Below are positions 1-12,904 of a stretch of DNA of 64,000 bases, in pieces. The notes below the pieces were generated by a model, which searched no databases, was not told the origin of the DNA, and was given only the letters and a program-made list of their open reading frames with translations. Within the stretch, counting starts at the first letter, position 1. Each line of letters opens with the position of its first letter. Origin of the DNA: Eledone cirrhosa (Eukaryota); NCBI GenBank assembly GCA_964016885.1, contig OZ024748.1, forward strand, positions 15,128,001 to 15,192,000, in the 5' to 3' direction. The position numbers were made by a program, and so were the translations under genes.

Positions 1-33
1 GCCAATGCTCTAACCACTAAGCCATGTGCCTCC
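1..33 (-). mobile_element. 5' head of tRNA-derived SINE family 1 (runs off window start)
   Basis: Exact reverse complement of GGAGGCACATGGCTTAGTGGTTAGAGCATTGGC at 1805-1837; abuts a (TA)n tract. Confidence 0.85.
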
Positions 34-711
34 ATATATACTATATACTATATATATATATCTATATCTATATATATATATATATATATATCTATATGTA
101 TATATATATATATATAGTATAAACAAAGTTTCATACACTTAACATTTATGTGCAACCATTGGTTTCAGGATCCAGTTATGGCCACCACCGTATATTGGAG
201 GAGGCACTTTTAAACTCGCCTCTGTTTGAACACATGGATAGACATATGAAATAAGAATGAAACTTTGTTTATACTAAATAAGCTTTCTTGAAACAGATGG
301 AATTTAAAACAAACAAAAAAAAAAGCATGCAAGACTATATGTTTACTAGGCTCAATTAATAACATCTTATATATCGTAATGTTAAAGTATGTATATGTGG
401 TGTGGTAAATAAATATATACATCAAGTCCAAACACGATGGAACTATACTCCCACTGTCACTGCATCCATCTCTCCTGCTCTCCCCCCATCTTTCACTATT
501 ATAAGCAAATGTATCTGGGCCCATGTGTTGGCCGCCCCGTGTCTTCAGCAGACAGAATAGAGTAGGCATTTCCTCGGAGGATAGTAAGGGTGATGAGCTG
601 CAATAGACAATCCAGCTCACAAGGCTCACACCTGCTGGTAGCAAACTCCGTGCAAATGGTGGTGAGTTGGAAGGTGGTCCTAGGTCCAAGGGACACCAGA
701 AGTCTCCATTG

Positions 712-751
<40 letters not shown>

Positions 752-837
752 GTAGGTCCCGGGTCGAGTCGGGGATAACCACAGTAAGTAAGGTACTCAA
801 TACATAGCAGAGTGAAATATATTTATTGTATAGAAGT

Positions 838-888
838 AGCTTCTACAGGACTAGAACTGTTTCATTCAGATGAAATCTTCAGGAAGCT
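838..888 (-). ncRNA. Type I hammerhead ribozyme motif (minus-strand copy)
   Basis: Reverse complement is identical to 1293-1343. Confidence 0.65.
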
Positions 889-1077
889 GGGTGTCGTATT
901 AAGTTCTGGTATTTATACATTTAGGTAGTGGTAGGGGGGGGGTAGGTTGGTATTTAGATACACAGGACCATAAAATGGCACAGACCGTTTTTTCTTTGGG
1001 GAGTGGTCAATTAGCCAGAGTGCTTTTTGTAAAATAAAAAGAAGAAGAAAAAGTAAATAAATAAATAAATAAATGAA

Positions 1078-1108
<31 letters not shown>

Positions 1109-1292
1109 AAATAAAAATAAAAATAAATATAAATAAAAACCCCAAGAATAGTAATTCAACAGATATATAGTAGGGAAATTTTTTTAGGGTGGGTTGGTAT
1201 TAGAAGATAAACAAGACCGAATCATGGCACAGACCATTGTCCTATAGTGAGTGGTCAAGTTAACATACAAGCTACAACTTAATACAGCACCC

Positions 1293-1343
1293 AGCTTCCT
1301 GAAGATTTCATCTGAATGAAACAGTTCTAGTCCTGTAGAAGCT
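1293..1343 (+). ncRNA. Type I hammerhead ribozyme motif
   Basis: AGCTTC-CTGAAGA-t ttc atct gaa t-GAAA-CAG ttctagtc CTG-TA-GAAGCT: perfect 6-bp stem I, CUGANGA and GAAA core, stem III CAG/CTG, GUA cleavage triplet at 1335-1337. Stem II is weak (T-T closing mismatch). Confidence 0.7.
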
Positions 1344-1354
1344 ACTTCTATACA

Positions 1355-1410
<56 letters not shown>

Positions 1411-1416
<6 letters not shown>

Positions 1417-1736
1417 TAGTATTTCAGAATAATATTAAGAGCCAAATGATATATATACCCAGCAAATACAAGTTTCTTTGTAGTTGATTAAATTATATAA
1501 ACATCTTCTGATAGGGGTCCAATTAGATCCGAAAATCAATTAAATGTGTTTATAAATATTTTTAGATTTAGATTTACAGTGAGATTTGTATTTTCTGGCA
1601 CGTTTACATGCCTACATATTAAATATATGTATATATTTATACACCTTGGTGCAGTCTCTGTAAAAACACACACACTGTATATTTATACATATATAACTTT
1701 ATACTCTTTGGTTGCTAGCGCACTTCTTAATAATAA

Positions 1737-1737
<1 letters not shown>
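1411..1737 (+). mobile_element. Short dispersed repeat between (TA)n tracts, possibly Penelope-like
   Basis: 3' part (1640-1730) resembles 34345-34430; contains degenerate hammerhead-like CTGATAG-gggtc..gatcc-GAAA at ~1508-1534. Confidence 0.4.
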
Positions 1738-1804
<67 letters not shown>

Positions 1805-2165
1805 GGAGGCACATGGCTTAGTGGTTAGAGCATTGGCCTTGCAATCGAAAGGTTGTGAGTTCAATTCTCAGACCGAGTGATGTGGTGTTTCCTTGAGCAA
1901 GACACTTTATTACACATTGCTCCAGTTTACTCAGCTGTAGAAATTTGATGATAGGGACTGGGGTCCATATCATTCCACTTTAAAGTGGTCGTGTAGGCGC
2001 CACGGGAAAAGAGAACCCAACACTCACTGTAAATGAGGTTGGTGTTAGGAAGGGCATACAGCTGTAGAAATCAAGCCAGAATCAGTTCCCATCCCTCCCT
2101 TGCAAGCAAGGAAAAAGTGGACGTAAAATGATGAGGATGATGATGATGATGATGATGACGATGAT
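1805..2165 (+). mobile_element. tRNA-derived SINE family 1, full length, with RTE-derived 3' tail
   Basis: Pol III A box TGGCTTAGTGG, B box GAGTTCAATTC, central CCTTGAGCAAGACACTT motif, 3' part matching the 3' UTR of the LINE at 16982-19803, (GAT)n tail; near-identical copy at 42825-43169. Confidence 0.9.
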
Positions 2166-3062
2166 AACCTGAATTTTCTTATGTGAAAACCTGTCTAACA
2201 CAAGAAAATACACGTTAAGTGATGATGATGATGATAATATATACCCACAGTCACATACATGCATTCTTATTCCTGTAAATGTGTGTAGGTGCGCACATGC
2301 ATGCAGTGTGATTGATAGAGTCAATGCTCTTCTTGAAGTGAGGCAAATCTACAAATGTAGGAAAGCAATATTTCCAGAGAAGCATGAGTTGCAGAAGGAT
2401 GCTGTTTTAAAAAGGAAAGGACTGGACGAAGTGCACACAATATGGGTGAAAAATGAAGGAGTAGTATGAGTGAGCTGAAGGGACAAGTGTTGATATGGCA
2501 TGAGATCAACTAGCTCCAAGGAACAAAGTTCCCAGAAGCAGCAGCAGTAACTGAAAAAGCAGCAAGAGGATGCTAGAGCATGTCTGTAGGGATCAGAGTC
2601 CATTGTGGTTGTAATTGAAATGACAGAGAGAGGAGACATGAAGTCTGTGGGACATATTGGGGCATGTCTGTGGGGACTGTGGCTTGAGTGGGTCTGTAAT
2701 GATCAGAGGTTAGAATGTGTTTGAGGACCAAAGGCTAGAGTGGGTCAATAACAAATTGAGGTTTAAGTGTGTCCAGTGTGTCTGTAAGGAGCAGAACCAC
2801 CACCCCACCCCTGTAGCAGTGGTAGAAATGATAGAGAGAGGAGACAACAAGTCTGTGGAAGAACCAGATGTTAGAGAGAGAGAGAGAGTGTGTGTATAAT
2901 TGGGCATGTATAAGTGTATATATATGAGTGTATACGAATATGTGTCAAAGTGTATTTATGTATGTATATACATATTAAGAGTATGTATGTGTGTATATAT
3001 ATATATACACATACATACATATATATATACACATACATACATACATATATACATACAAATAC

Positions 3063-3103
<41 letters not shown>

Positions 3104-3239
3104 TGTATTTGTATATATATATATGTGTGTGTGTGCGTGAGAGTGTGTGTGTACATATAGTATATCTAAATTTCATTAGAGATTCTCTCAGACACTTGAA
3201 TATACATACAAGAAATACAAACTTATTTTGTTTCATAAC

Positions 3240-3389
3240 ATTATACAGACATAAAGCCAACACACACACATATATAGGAGAGAGAGAGAGAGAGAAACAT
3301 GATGCACACATATGGAGGAGAGAGAGAGACATAACCCCAACACACACACATATGGGGCAAAGAAGAGAGAGAGAAACCTGATGCACATA

Positions 3390-3425
<36 letters not shown>

Positions 3426-3495
3426 AAGCCAACACATACATGAGAGGAGAGGGAGAAAAAAAGACAGAGATTTAGCCAACGCACACATGGGGGCA

Positions 3496-3576
<81 letters not shown>

Positions 3577-4290
3577 AACCAAGACATGCATATGGAGAGA
3601 AAGAGAGAGACAAAGTCAACACACTATGGGAGGAGGGAAGAGATAGATAGATAGAGAGAGAGATTTAGCCAACATACACATATGGAGAGAGAGAGAGAGA
3701 TTTAGCCAAAGCACATAGATGGAGGGAGGGAACTAGATATTGCAAGATAAGGAGGATGCGGAATGAGGGAGAAAGAAAGACAGAGTCAACACACATAGAG
3801 GGAGATAGATAGTAAGAGAAAGAGTGAGAAGACAGGTGAAGTGAGAGAGGGGGAGGGCAAGACAAGGGAAGAGAAGGAAGAGTTAGAGAGAGAAAGATAT
3901 ATATAGTCAACACACACAGTTTTGCAGGAGTGAGAGAGAGAGAAAGAGAGAGAGAGAAGTGAAGACGACAGGGAGACAGTTATGTAGAGGACAGAGAGAG
4001 AAATGTAGAGGAAAGAGAGAGAAATGGAGAAGACAGAGAGAGAAATGGAGAAGACAGAGAGAGAAAGAAAGTAAGAGGAAGATGTGGAGAAGACAGATAT
4101 GTAGGGAGTCAAGAGGAGTGAGAGAGAAAGGCATATAGCCAAAACATACAGATGAGAGACAAAGGGGGAGGTGTGCAGTAAAGAGATAGACATATAGCCA
4201 ACATACACAAATAGAGGGAGCCAGGCATAGAGAGAGAAAGGGAGAGAAGGTAGAAGTGGGAGGCAGAGAGAGAGAAAGAGAGATGAGATA
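3240..4290. repeat. Compound (GA)n-rich degenerate minisatellite
   Basis: Recurring AGACATAAAGCCAACACACATATATGG-like motifs separated by (GA)n runs, including a pure (GA)n at ~3498-3572. Confidence 0.7.
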
Positions 4291-4374
4291 TTTTGAGATT
4301 ATATATACACACACACATGTATGTATATGCACACATATGTATATACACACACATGTATGTATATGCTGTTCACT

Positions 4375-4565
4375 TTCCTGGCATTGGTTGTATTGGTAGA
4401 GTATCAGACACCATGCTTTGCAGCATAGAGTTATGGACCTTTACGTTCTGAGTTCAAATCCCACTGAGGTTAACTTTGCCTTTCATCCTTACGGGGTCGA
4501 TAAAATAAAGTACCAGTAATACACTGGGATAATTGCTGGCCTTGTGCCAAAAGTAGAAACAATTA
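4375..4565 (+). mobile_element. SINE family 2 copy
   Basis: GAGTTCAAATCCC B box plus TTTGCCTTTCATCCTTACGGGGTCGATAAAATAAAGTACCAG core shared with about 20 copies in the window. Confidence 0.85.
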
Positions 4566-5118
4566 CCTTATGTATTATATATGCACCTTTGATGAGTTGT
4601 AGTGCACCTGAGCACTGTCCACAATTTTCATTATATCATATGGATGGATAGACACATTTGAGAATAATTACACATACATGCACAGAGAGAGGGAAAGAGC
4701 TGTCTTTATTTAAATAATTAATTAAATAATTAACAGTGTAGTGTTTGCAGCACCTTAATCAATTAATTCAAGTGTAAGCACTCCACGTCATTTGCACCAT
4801 TCCAACTATGATATGGGTTCATGTAGACCAATACTCAATGAAATATTGGTATATAAGTGAATATGAAAACATGGAACCATAATTGTAGTTTGTTCAATAA
4901 ATATAGAAAAGTAACACTACGACTTCATATTTATTCACATATAAGTGTGTGTGTGTGTATATATAATGAATAAAAATAACCAGGATTGAAATACAATAAA
5001 TTATTTAAGTGATTTACAAACGTTTCTATCAATAGAGTAAGAAAATCCTTTTTTTCCTCTGTACTAATTTCCTCAGAAATGGTTGTTATCAACCCGTCTA
5101 AACTATTAGATATATATT

Positions 5119-5166
<48 letters not shown>

Positions 5167-5182
5167 TGAGAGTGAGAGAGTA

Positions 5183-5845
5183 AATTACCAGTGGAGGAGG
5201 GTGTTCTGAAAGTACAGTAGCCAGAGTAAGAACGAGATGGAGTAAGTTCAGGGAGCTGCTACCACTGTTGGTTACAAAAGGTTTTCCCTTAAAATGAAAG
5301 GAATATTGTATGATGCATGTATATGAACAGCAATGTTACATGGTAGTTAGACCTGGATACATTGTGCAAATGACCTGCGAAGATTGAAAAGAAATGAAGC
5401 ATGCATGCTCTGATGGATGTGTCATAGTAATGTACATGAATGAGAAAGCGTAAATGAACTGAGAGAGAAATTAGGCACAAGAGGGACCAGATGATGTATA
5501 CTAGAGAGGAGATTGCATTGGTACGGTTATGTGCATATGAAGGATGACAGCTGTATAAAAGGTGCAGAGCAATCAAAGTTGATAGAAACTATGGAATAGG
5601 AAGACCTGAGATGAGGTGATAAGGCTGACCTTGCGCAATTGGATCTCTCAAAGACAATGACACAGGATCGAGATCTTTGGCATTTGTAGTAATACAGAAG
5701 ACATGCTGTTTCATGCACATGGACTCAGATATACATTTTGTAGGCACCTCTTACCCCCTATACCCCCTTCCATAAACCTCCCAAGCCCCAACACCCACCC
5801 ACTGCTGTCCACAACAACCTTACACTGTAAAGTCATGTTGATATC
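5183..5845 (+). mobile_element. Old degenerate RTE LINE 3' fragment
   Basis: Translates as [27 protein letters not shown]..., homologous to the C-terminus of the intact RTE ORFs, with stops and frameshifts; preceded by (TA)n. Confidence 0.85.
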
Positions 5846-7669
5846 ACAAAAAACATCCAGCTCACAGTGTAAAGTGATTATATATATATATATGTGTGTG
5901 TGTGTGTCTCTCGCTCATATATATATATTTATATATATATATATATATATATCACACGCACATATATATTTAAAGAGGGAACAGCTTTCCTTTCAAACAT
6001 GCTATATTGGAAACAATAATGTTCCAGTTTGATCATTTTATTAGTTCTATATAAAAATTCCATAATAAAATGACCAAAATGGAGTAATATATATATATAT
6101 ATATACATATATTTAACTATATATATATAACTATATTTTGATATGTCGGTAGATAACTAAATAGATATATAGAAGGGAAAAAATATGTCAATATATTACT
6201 CACATTATTAAACTTTGTACAAACACACATAATCCCATGAACAAACACAAAAATAATATAAATATATATATATAACTACATATAAATGTATGTATATATT
6301 CCTTTAAATTAAACAATAAATCAGGTTGATAAAGTAAGAAATCTTGACACACTATCTGTGCTTATCTGAACTAATAAAAAACTATTTTACAACATGCAGA
6401 GAGCCTCAACTTTTTAAACTACTTTAAGCAGAAGATTCCACTTGTGATAATTTGACAAAAAAAAATATAACTAAAAATAATAATAATGAATAAAACTACT
6501 CAAAGGTTTACATTTGCCTCTAAATTGCTGTCTACATAGTTGGTGTTTTGTTGTTGGTGTATTTTGTTGTTTCTGTAGGATTTTTTTCTTTTTTGTTTTA
6601 AGCTAGATATGTCTACAATAAAAGTGATAAGAAATATTGCCTGGCTTCAGTTTCTGGTATATCCAATTACTGGCTAATCTTACATTATCACTGAAAATAT
6701 GCCTTCCACAAGACAGAAAAAAGATGAAGAATTATTGTCAGATGCAGGATAAGAGAAAAATGATATGGTTTATATGGTTGTACAAGAAATCCAGAAGAAA
6801 GATAGATAGAGAGAGAGAGAGGGGGAAAGAGACATTGAGTGAGAGGGATGGTGTGTGTGTGGTGTATGTATGTATTTATCTCAGCATGTGTTCATATATC
6901 TGTGAAGAATATAAATATATGTGTGTGTGTTACATAAAGGTATAAGAACAAAAATACAAATAAAACAAAAGTAAAAGTAAAAACTAAAAATCTAAAAAAT
7001 AAAAAAGGAAATGTAAAAAGAGGCAACACTGTGTGTGTTTGTATGTTTATGAATTCTTGAGTATGTAAGCAAATATTTGTTGCTCTTTACACACTCATAT
7101 GATAGGTAGATAATAACAATAAAAATGATGAAAATAATAATAATAATAATAATAACAATAACGTTCATGATATTTTATGGTATGTAATATTATTACTTCC
7201 CTTCACACAGTGAAAATACAAAGGGATATATGACAATATGCAAATAGGTATTCTCAGAGAAATTAATCTCCAAGTAAGTGATTAGCCAAAAATCCATATT
7301 AACAGCATTGTGTCAAGAAATATGAGAAGGGAATAATATAAATTAATATACAATTTCTTTTTGATATTTTTTCTTTTTTTCCAATTTTATATTTATTCTC
7401 ACATAAATTTCAATTGAAACAGGATGCTTTGAAATCCCATAGATACATAACATGTATTTTTAATATTATTACCAAACTACCATTTTCCAACCTCTTTCAG
7501 TGTATGTAAGTGTGTGTGTGTGAGTATGTATGTCTATGTATATATATATATATATATATTATATATACACATATGTGTGTGTGTGTGTGTGTGTTTATGG
7601 ATAAATATGTATGTGTACATATTTATGTATGTATATATGTACATATACATATATACATAAATATGCATC

Positions 7670-7701
<32 letters not shown>

Positions 7702-7799
7702 CTCATACAAACACACATATCTACACCATCATCTGCATTATTTTACAGCCATTATCCATGCTATAATGGGTTGGATTAATTGTCACGTTCCGAAAATAT

Positions 7800-7990
7800 T
7801 ATAGGTCAGATTGACTGTGTGTGACAAAGTTAACCCTTTGAATTACAGGTATAACATTTTTCCTAGCCGAATGAAGTAGAGCAATGTATAATAAAGTGTT
7901 TTGCTCAAGGACAAAATATACTCCAGAAAGCAAACTAACAACCTTATGTTTATGCATTAAATACCCTAACCACTGAGACATGTGCCTTCA
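7800..7990 (-). mobile_element. SINE family 3 (same head type as family 1, different body), degenerate
   Basis: Reverse complement contains CATGTCTCAGTGGTTAGG and CCTTGAGCAAAACACTT; body homologous to 39284-39590. Confidence 0.7.
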
Positions 7991-8329
7991 CAGTTGTAAA
8001 TAAGAACAGTAATAATGTTAAATTTGATGGTGATAATATTAATGAATAATAAAATGGACATGTGAACTGGCATTCTTCTATAAATGGACACCCTTGCAGT
8101 TGTTGTTCATTTTATGTGTATTTGATGATTTGGAAATAATGATTAAATATACACAGAGCCTGGTAGAGTTGGTTTGCCACTCACACAGTAGATTGAATAT
8201 AGATAATTGAATTAATGGTGGAAACACTTGCTTGACATGGAGGGAGAGGGGTTCTTCTCTGAAGACCTTCTGTTGTCCAGCTCTGAGAGTTTCTTACTAT
8301 TAATTGTGATTGAAAAAAATTGGGAAATG

Positions 8330-8579
8330 TTAACCTTTTTTCTTACCAACCAGCCTGAAACAGCTCTAGGTTCTACAACATTAAGCTGTTTATGTTTAAG
8401 TGTTTATATTTATCTAACAACTTTCAATTACTGTTTTATGTAAGAATCTTTGAGTTACGTTTCAAACACCAGCTAAATGATGAGAAAATCAGATGCATTA
8501 TTAAATCTCTTCTAATTCATGATTATTTTCAAAACTATTTGAATGCCTTTTATTAGAAATATGGTAATGAAAGGGTTAA
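8330..8579. mobile_element. piggyBac-like MITE
   Basis: TTAA-CCTTTTTTCTTACCA ... TGGTAATGAAAGGG-TTAA terminal inverted repeats with TTAA at both ends. Confidence 0.7.
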
Positions 8580-9514
8580 TTAGCTGTTTAATTCAGAGTC
8601 GACAGGCATCCACCCCAACTATGGATTAAATAGCCTCACCAACCAGCAACTGATGAAGTGTGGTGTGTACAGCTACACCCCTGACACGATCAAAACCAAA
8701 AAGAATGTGGAGATCAACTAAGGTGGGGTCCCTCCAACATGATTGAAAAGGTTCTTGGTTGGATTGGATTGTGTATAAATTAGTTGTGACGATTCTGGGG
8801 CTAAGCTGTATCAATCTTTGCCTTTCCCTTGGACAGTCTGTAATAAGGTGAGGGAAGACTGCCATGAATAAGTGACTGTTGGTTTTCCACCAAATAAATA
8901 ATTGCCTAGGCTTTGTGCCTTGGAATGGAACTTACCAGATGCAAACCCATAATTAGTACACTTATAAAATTGTATTAATGTCTAACTGACATTTTTATAG
9001 CAGTGTAATAGTACAGACATATCTAGCTTTGCCATTTTGTTTTTCAGAAGTCTTTCTATAAATCAAATAGCTTCAAGACAACAGCCAATATTTTGATCAT
9101 TGGAACCAGTATACATTCACTAGCGGCATATATTGTCTAATTTATAACCAGATTAGCTTTAAAAACCCCTCAAAAATACTCAAGAAAAAAATCATAATAA
9201 TAACAACGATGTTAATAATCATCATAATGATAAAAAAGTATCTGTAAAAACGGATGTTAAATGATGATGATGACGATGCTAATAATGAATAATAATGATA
9301 ATAAAATGAATATCAACAATGATGATGATAATAATAAAAGATGATAAGAAATTAATGAAGAAGAAGATGAAGAAAAATATTAGGTGAAAGCGCCATTAGC
9401 ATTTTATTATGGCTTGGGCTTTTGGTAATAATTGGTTAGTTCTGTATCCTGGCAGATATGGTGGCTCTTTATGGCTGGGGACTGATGATAACCATTCTAA
9501 TTACTTGTTACTAA

Positions 9515-9840
9515 AGAATACAACAGCAGAAACACTAACTACAACAACAGCAGCCACAACAACAAGAACAGCAGCAACAACAACAACAACAACCATAACA
9601 ACGACTACAGTTAAGACAGCTATAGGAGCAACAGCAACACTAACTACAACAACAGTAGCCATAAGAATAAGAACAACTACATTTAAAACAGCTATAAGAG
9701 CAACAACAACAGCAGCCATAACAACAACAACGCCAACTACAACAAGTTTTTTTTTTAATGCTAATAGAGCAAAAACAACAAAAAAAAGCAGCCATAAGAA
9801 CAACAACAACAGCTACAAGAATAACCAGCTAGAGCTATAA
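9515..9840. repeat. Degenerate (ACA)n trinucleotide region
   Basis: ACAACA/GCAACA/GCTATAAGAG reiterations; the Thr-rich and Val-rich ORFs here are by-products. Confidence 0.75.
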
Positions 9841-10008
9841 GAGAAGTGAGTTGTGTTAGTGGTAGATGTGGCATTAAATTATTGCACTGTAATACTGTGT
9901 GATATTGATGGATGTTGATTGTCAGAAATATATTATATACCATATTAATGGAAATTGGAAAGTAATGAAAAGTAAATAAACATTAATTTGGGCTAAATGA
10001 ATGAATGT

Positions 10009-10047
<39 letters not shown>

Positions 10048-10129
10048 GCACATACATGAATGTGTGTGTGTATGTATGTAAGTGTGAGTGTGTATGCGTA
10101 TTTATGTAGGTATGTATGTATGTATGTGT

Positions 10130-10160
<31 letters not shown>

Positions 10161-10309
10161 CATGTATGTATATATATATATGGCATATTTATATGTCTAT
10201 GCATTACAAATGTGTATATTTATATACACATTGTTGCAGCCTCAGTTACTCACAGTATTTAAACAGGTATAACATAATCATACATATATACACACACATG
10301 CATACATAT

Positions 10310-10362
<53 letters not shown>

Positions 10363-10920
10363 CCTACTTATCTACCTCATTAGCTATCTGTCTAAATACA
10401 AATCACTTTAGTAGTTTGGAGATTGATAGATAGATAGTTAAACAAACAGACATATGGCCAAACAGACAGGCAGATAGGCAGATAGATAGTTACATAGGTA
10501 AAACAAAGTCATCTTAAAATAGTGGATATATGTTTGATAATGATTGACGAAAATATAGCAGAAAATGATTGTAATTGATTTAAATGAACGTGAAATAAAA
10601 TACAGTGATGGCCAGAGTGACAAGAAAGAGGGGGTCAAAGATCTCAAAGATTCCAGCATTTCCAGCAAATATAAAATGTTATAATCAGAAAATTGTGGAA
10701 TTAAATATTTATTAATATACAACCTGTCATTTTTATGAGTAATATGGTAGTATATATATATATATATGCATGTGTGTGTGTGTGTGTGTTGTGCATGTGT
10801 GTAAGCACAGTTCTTTCCTTATGCCAAAGACTGCAAAATGCTTCTCTGATCTAGAAACTTCTAGTGGTTTCATTCATTAATGACAAATTTTTTTCTTTTT
10901 TCTGTTGGTTTTTTTAATCC

Positions 10921-11029
<109 letters not shown>

Positions 11030-11194
11030 TTGTGGATTTTGATGGATATTTCAGTTGTATAATCTATAGAGCAGCTCACTCATAAAATTAACATTCAAGT
11101 GCTTCAGTATTCCACTAATATACATACCTTTAATTTTATTTTTCAGAGAGATTCCGCATAACATAGTGTCTAAGAAGGCTGGCCCTTTGAATTA

Positions 11195-11372
11195 CAGCTA
11201 AATCCTATCCAATTGGTTTTCATCTAGTTTCTGTTTACCCAATGTCACTCACAAGGCATGGCTCAACCCATGACTATTGTAAATGAAACTTACCCAAGAT
11301 GCTACACTGGCATCAAACCTAGTACCTAACAATTGCAAAGCAAACTTCTTATCATTTAGCCATGCTACATCC
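11195..11372 (-). mobile_element. Old degenerate SINE (family 4)
   Basis: Reverse complement GCATGGCTAAATGATAAGAAGTTTGCTT...CTTGGGTAAG...GCCTTGTGAGTG is a tRNA-like head plus body; related copy at ~48620-48780 (-). Confidence 0.6.
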
Positions 11373-11431
11373 TATATATATATAGTTATTTAGCCATGCT
11401 GTATTATATATATATAAATATATATATATAT

Positions 11432-12904
11432 ATCGTTAACTGTTACAAGGGTAAAGAAGACGCCCTAGATAGGAGTAACTATAGAGGCATTAAATTAATC
11501 GACCAGGTCATGAAGGTCACGGAAAAAGTAATAGCGCAACTAATCAGAGAGAGAATTGATCTAGATGAAATGCAGTTCGGGTTTGTGTCAGGCAAAAGTA
11601 CCACAGACGCTCTTTTCATTGTACGACAACTACAGGAGAAGTACCTAGCTGAAAGTAAACCCCTATACTTAGCTTTTGTCGACTCGGAGAAAGCCTTCAA
11701 CAGAGTCCCCCGTTCCATTATCTGGTGGGCTCTTAGAAAACTAGGTGTTGACGAATGGCTTGTGAGAGCCATACAAGCCATGTATAAAGAAACAGTCAGC
11801 AAGGTTAGAATTAACAACGAATATAGTGAAGAGTTTAGCGTAAAAGTTGGTGTCCATCAGGGCTCTGTTCTTAGCCCCCTACTATTTATTATTGCCCTTC
11901 AGGCTATAACAGAGGAGTTCAAGACCGGCTGCCCAAGGGAACTCCTATACGCAGATGATCTAACGCTCATAGCTGAATCAATGGCCGAGCTAGAGAAGAA
12001 ATTCCAAACATGGAAGCACGGCCTAGAATCAAAAGGCCTTAAAATTAACCTGGCTAAGACTAAAGTTCTAGTTTGTAGGAAAGAAAATAAGACGCCGGTC
12101 CCCTCCGGGAAATGGCCATGCTCAGTGTGTAGGAAAGGCGTAGGTAGAAACTCCATTTTATGTCCCAAATGCAAAGTATGGGTGCATAAAAGATGTAGTG
12201 GGATCACAGGTAAGCTAACTAAGAACACAGATTTTACATGTGGCCGGTGCTCTGGTGCAATAAGTAGCAGCAAGTGCCCACGAAACACTAACTCTTTCAA
12301 TTGCGCAGAGGGTTCTATAGAAATAGTGGACAGCTTCCGTTACCTGGGTGACAAAATCAGCAATGGGGGAGGGTGCTCTGAAAGTACAGTAGCTAGAGTC
12401 AGAACTGGATGGAAAAAGTTCAGAGAGCTTATACCACTATTAGCCGCTAAAGGGTTCTCCCTAAAAATGAAAGGCAGGTTGTATGATACCTGCATACGAA
12501 CAGCAATGTTGCATGGCAGTGAGACCTGGGCATTGTGTGCAGAGGATATATGCAGACTAGAGAGGAACGAAGCTTGCATGCTCCGCTGGATGTGTAATAG
12601 TAATATACGTGAACGGCAAAGCATAAACGAACTAAGGAAAAAATTAGAAATAAGAGGGATCAGATGTTGTTTACTCGAGAGAAGGCTACGTTGGTATGGT
12701 CACGTGATGCGCATGAAAGACGACAGCTTTATAACAAAGTGCAGGGCAATAAAGATAGATGGTAGCCACGGAGTAGGCAGACCCAGGAAAACCTGGGACA
12801 AGCTGATAAATTCCGACCTCACACACTTACACCTCTCCAAGACAATGTCACTGGATCGAGACCTTTGGCGGTACTCAGTAACAGAGAAGACCCGCCTTAC
12901 CTAA
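11432..12904 (+). CDS. Truncated RTE ORF: reverse transcriptase with PHD-like zinc finger (no native start)
   Basis: [33 protein letters not shown] and RRLRWYGHV motifs. Private substitutions DSEKAFN (vs DLEKAFD) and CPREL (vs CPWEL) suggest a dead copy. The ATG at 11396 lies in flanking microsatellite. Confidence 0.85.
   Translation: MVNCYKGKEDALDRSNYRGIKLIDQVMKVTEKVIAQLIRERIDLDEMQFGFVSGKSTTDALFIVRQLQEKYLAESKPLYLAFVDSEKAFNRVPRSIIWWALRKLGVDEWLVRAIQAMYKETVSKVRINNEYSEEFSVKVGVHQGSVLSPLLFIIALQAITEEFKTGCPRELLYADDLTLIAESMAELEKKFQTWKHGLESKGLKINLAKTKVLVCRKENKTPVPSGKWPCSVCRKGVGRNSILCPKCKVWVHKRCSGITGKLTKNTDFTCGRCSGAISSSKCPRNTNSFNCAEGSIEIVDSFRYLGDKISNGGGCSESTVARVRTGWKKFRELIPLLAAKGFSLKMKGRLYDTCIRTAMLHGSETWALCAEDICRLERNEACMLRWMCNSNIRERQSINELRKKLEIRGIRCCLLERRLRWYGHVMRMKDDSFITKCRAIKIDGSHGVGRPRKTWDKLINSDLTHLHLSKTMSLDRDLWRYSVTEKTRLT

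Larger units (their letters stand above)
751..1364. mobile_element. Small non-coding Penelope-like/retrozyme-like element with ~89-bp inverted repeats, each containing a hammerhead motif
   Basis: 817-905 is the near-exact reverse complement of 1276-1364; internal diverged direct repeats at ~940-1014 and ~1187-1260; (TA)n on both sides. Penelope assignment is inferred from the hammerhead plus inverted pseudo-LTR layout. Confidence 0.65.

Noticed and set aside
1805-1880. Functional tRNA genes at SINE heads
   Set aside because: A and B boxes are present but there is no acceptor stem, and they continue into SINE bodies.
9409-9840. Mucin-like Thr-rich 143-aa ORF
   Set aside because: Degenerate (ACA)n repeat is open on both strands by composition; no splice or domain evidence.
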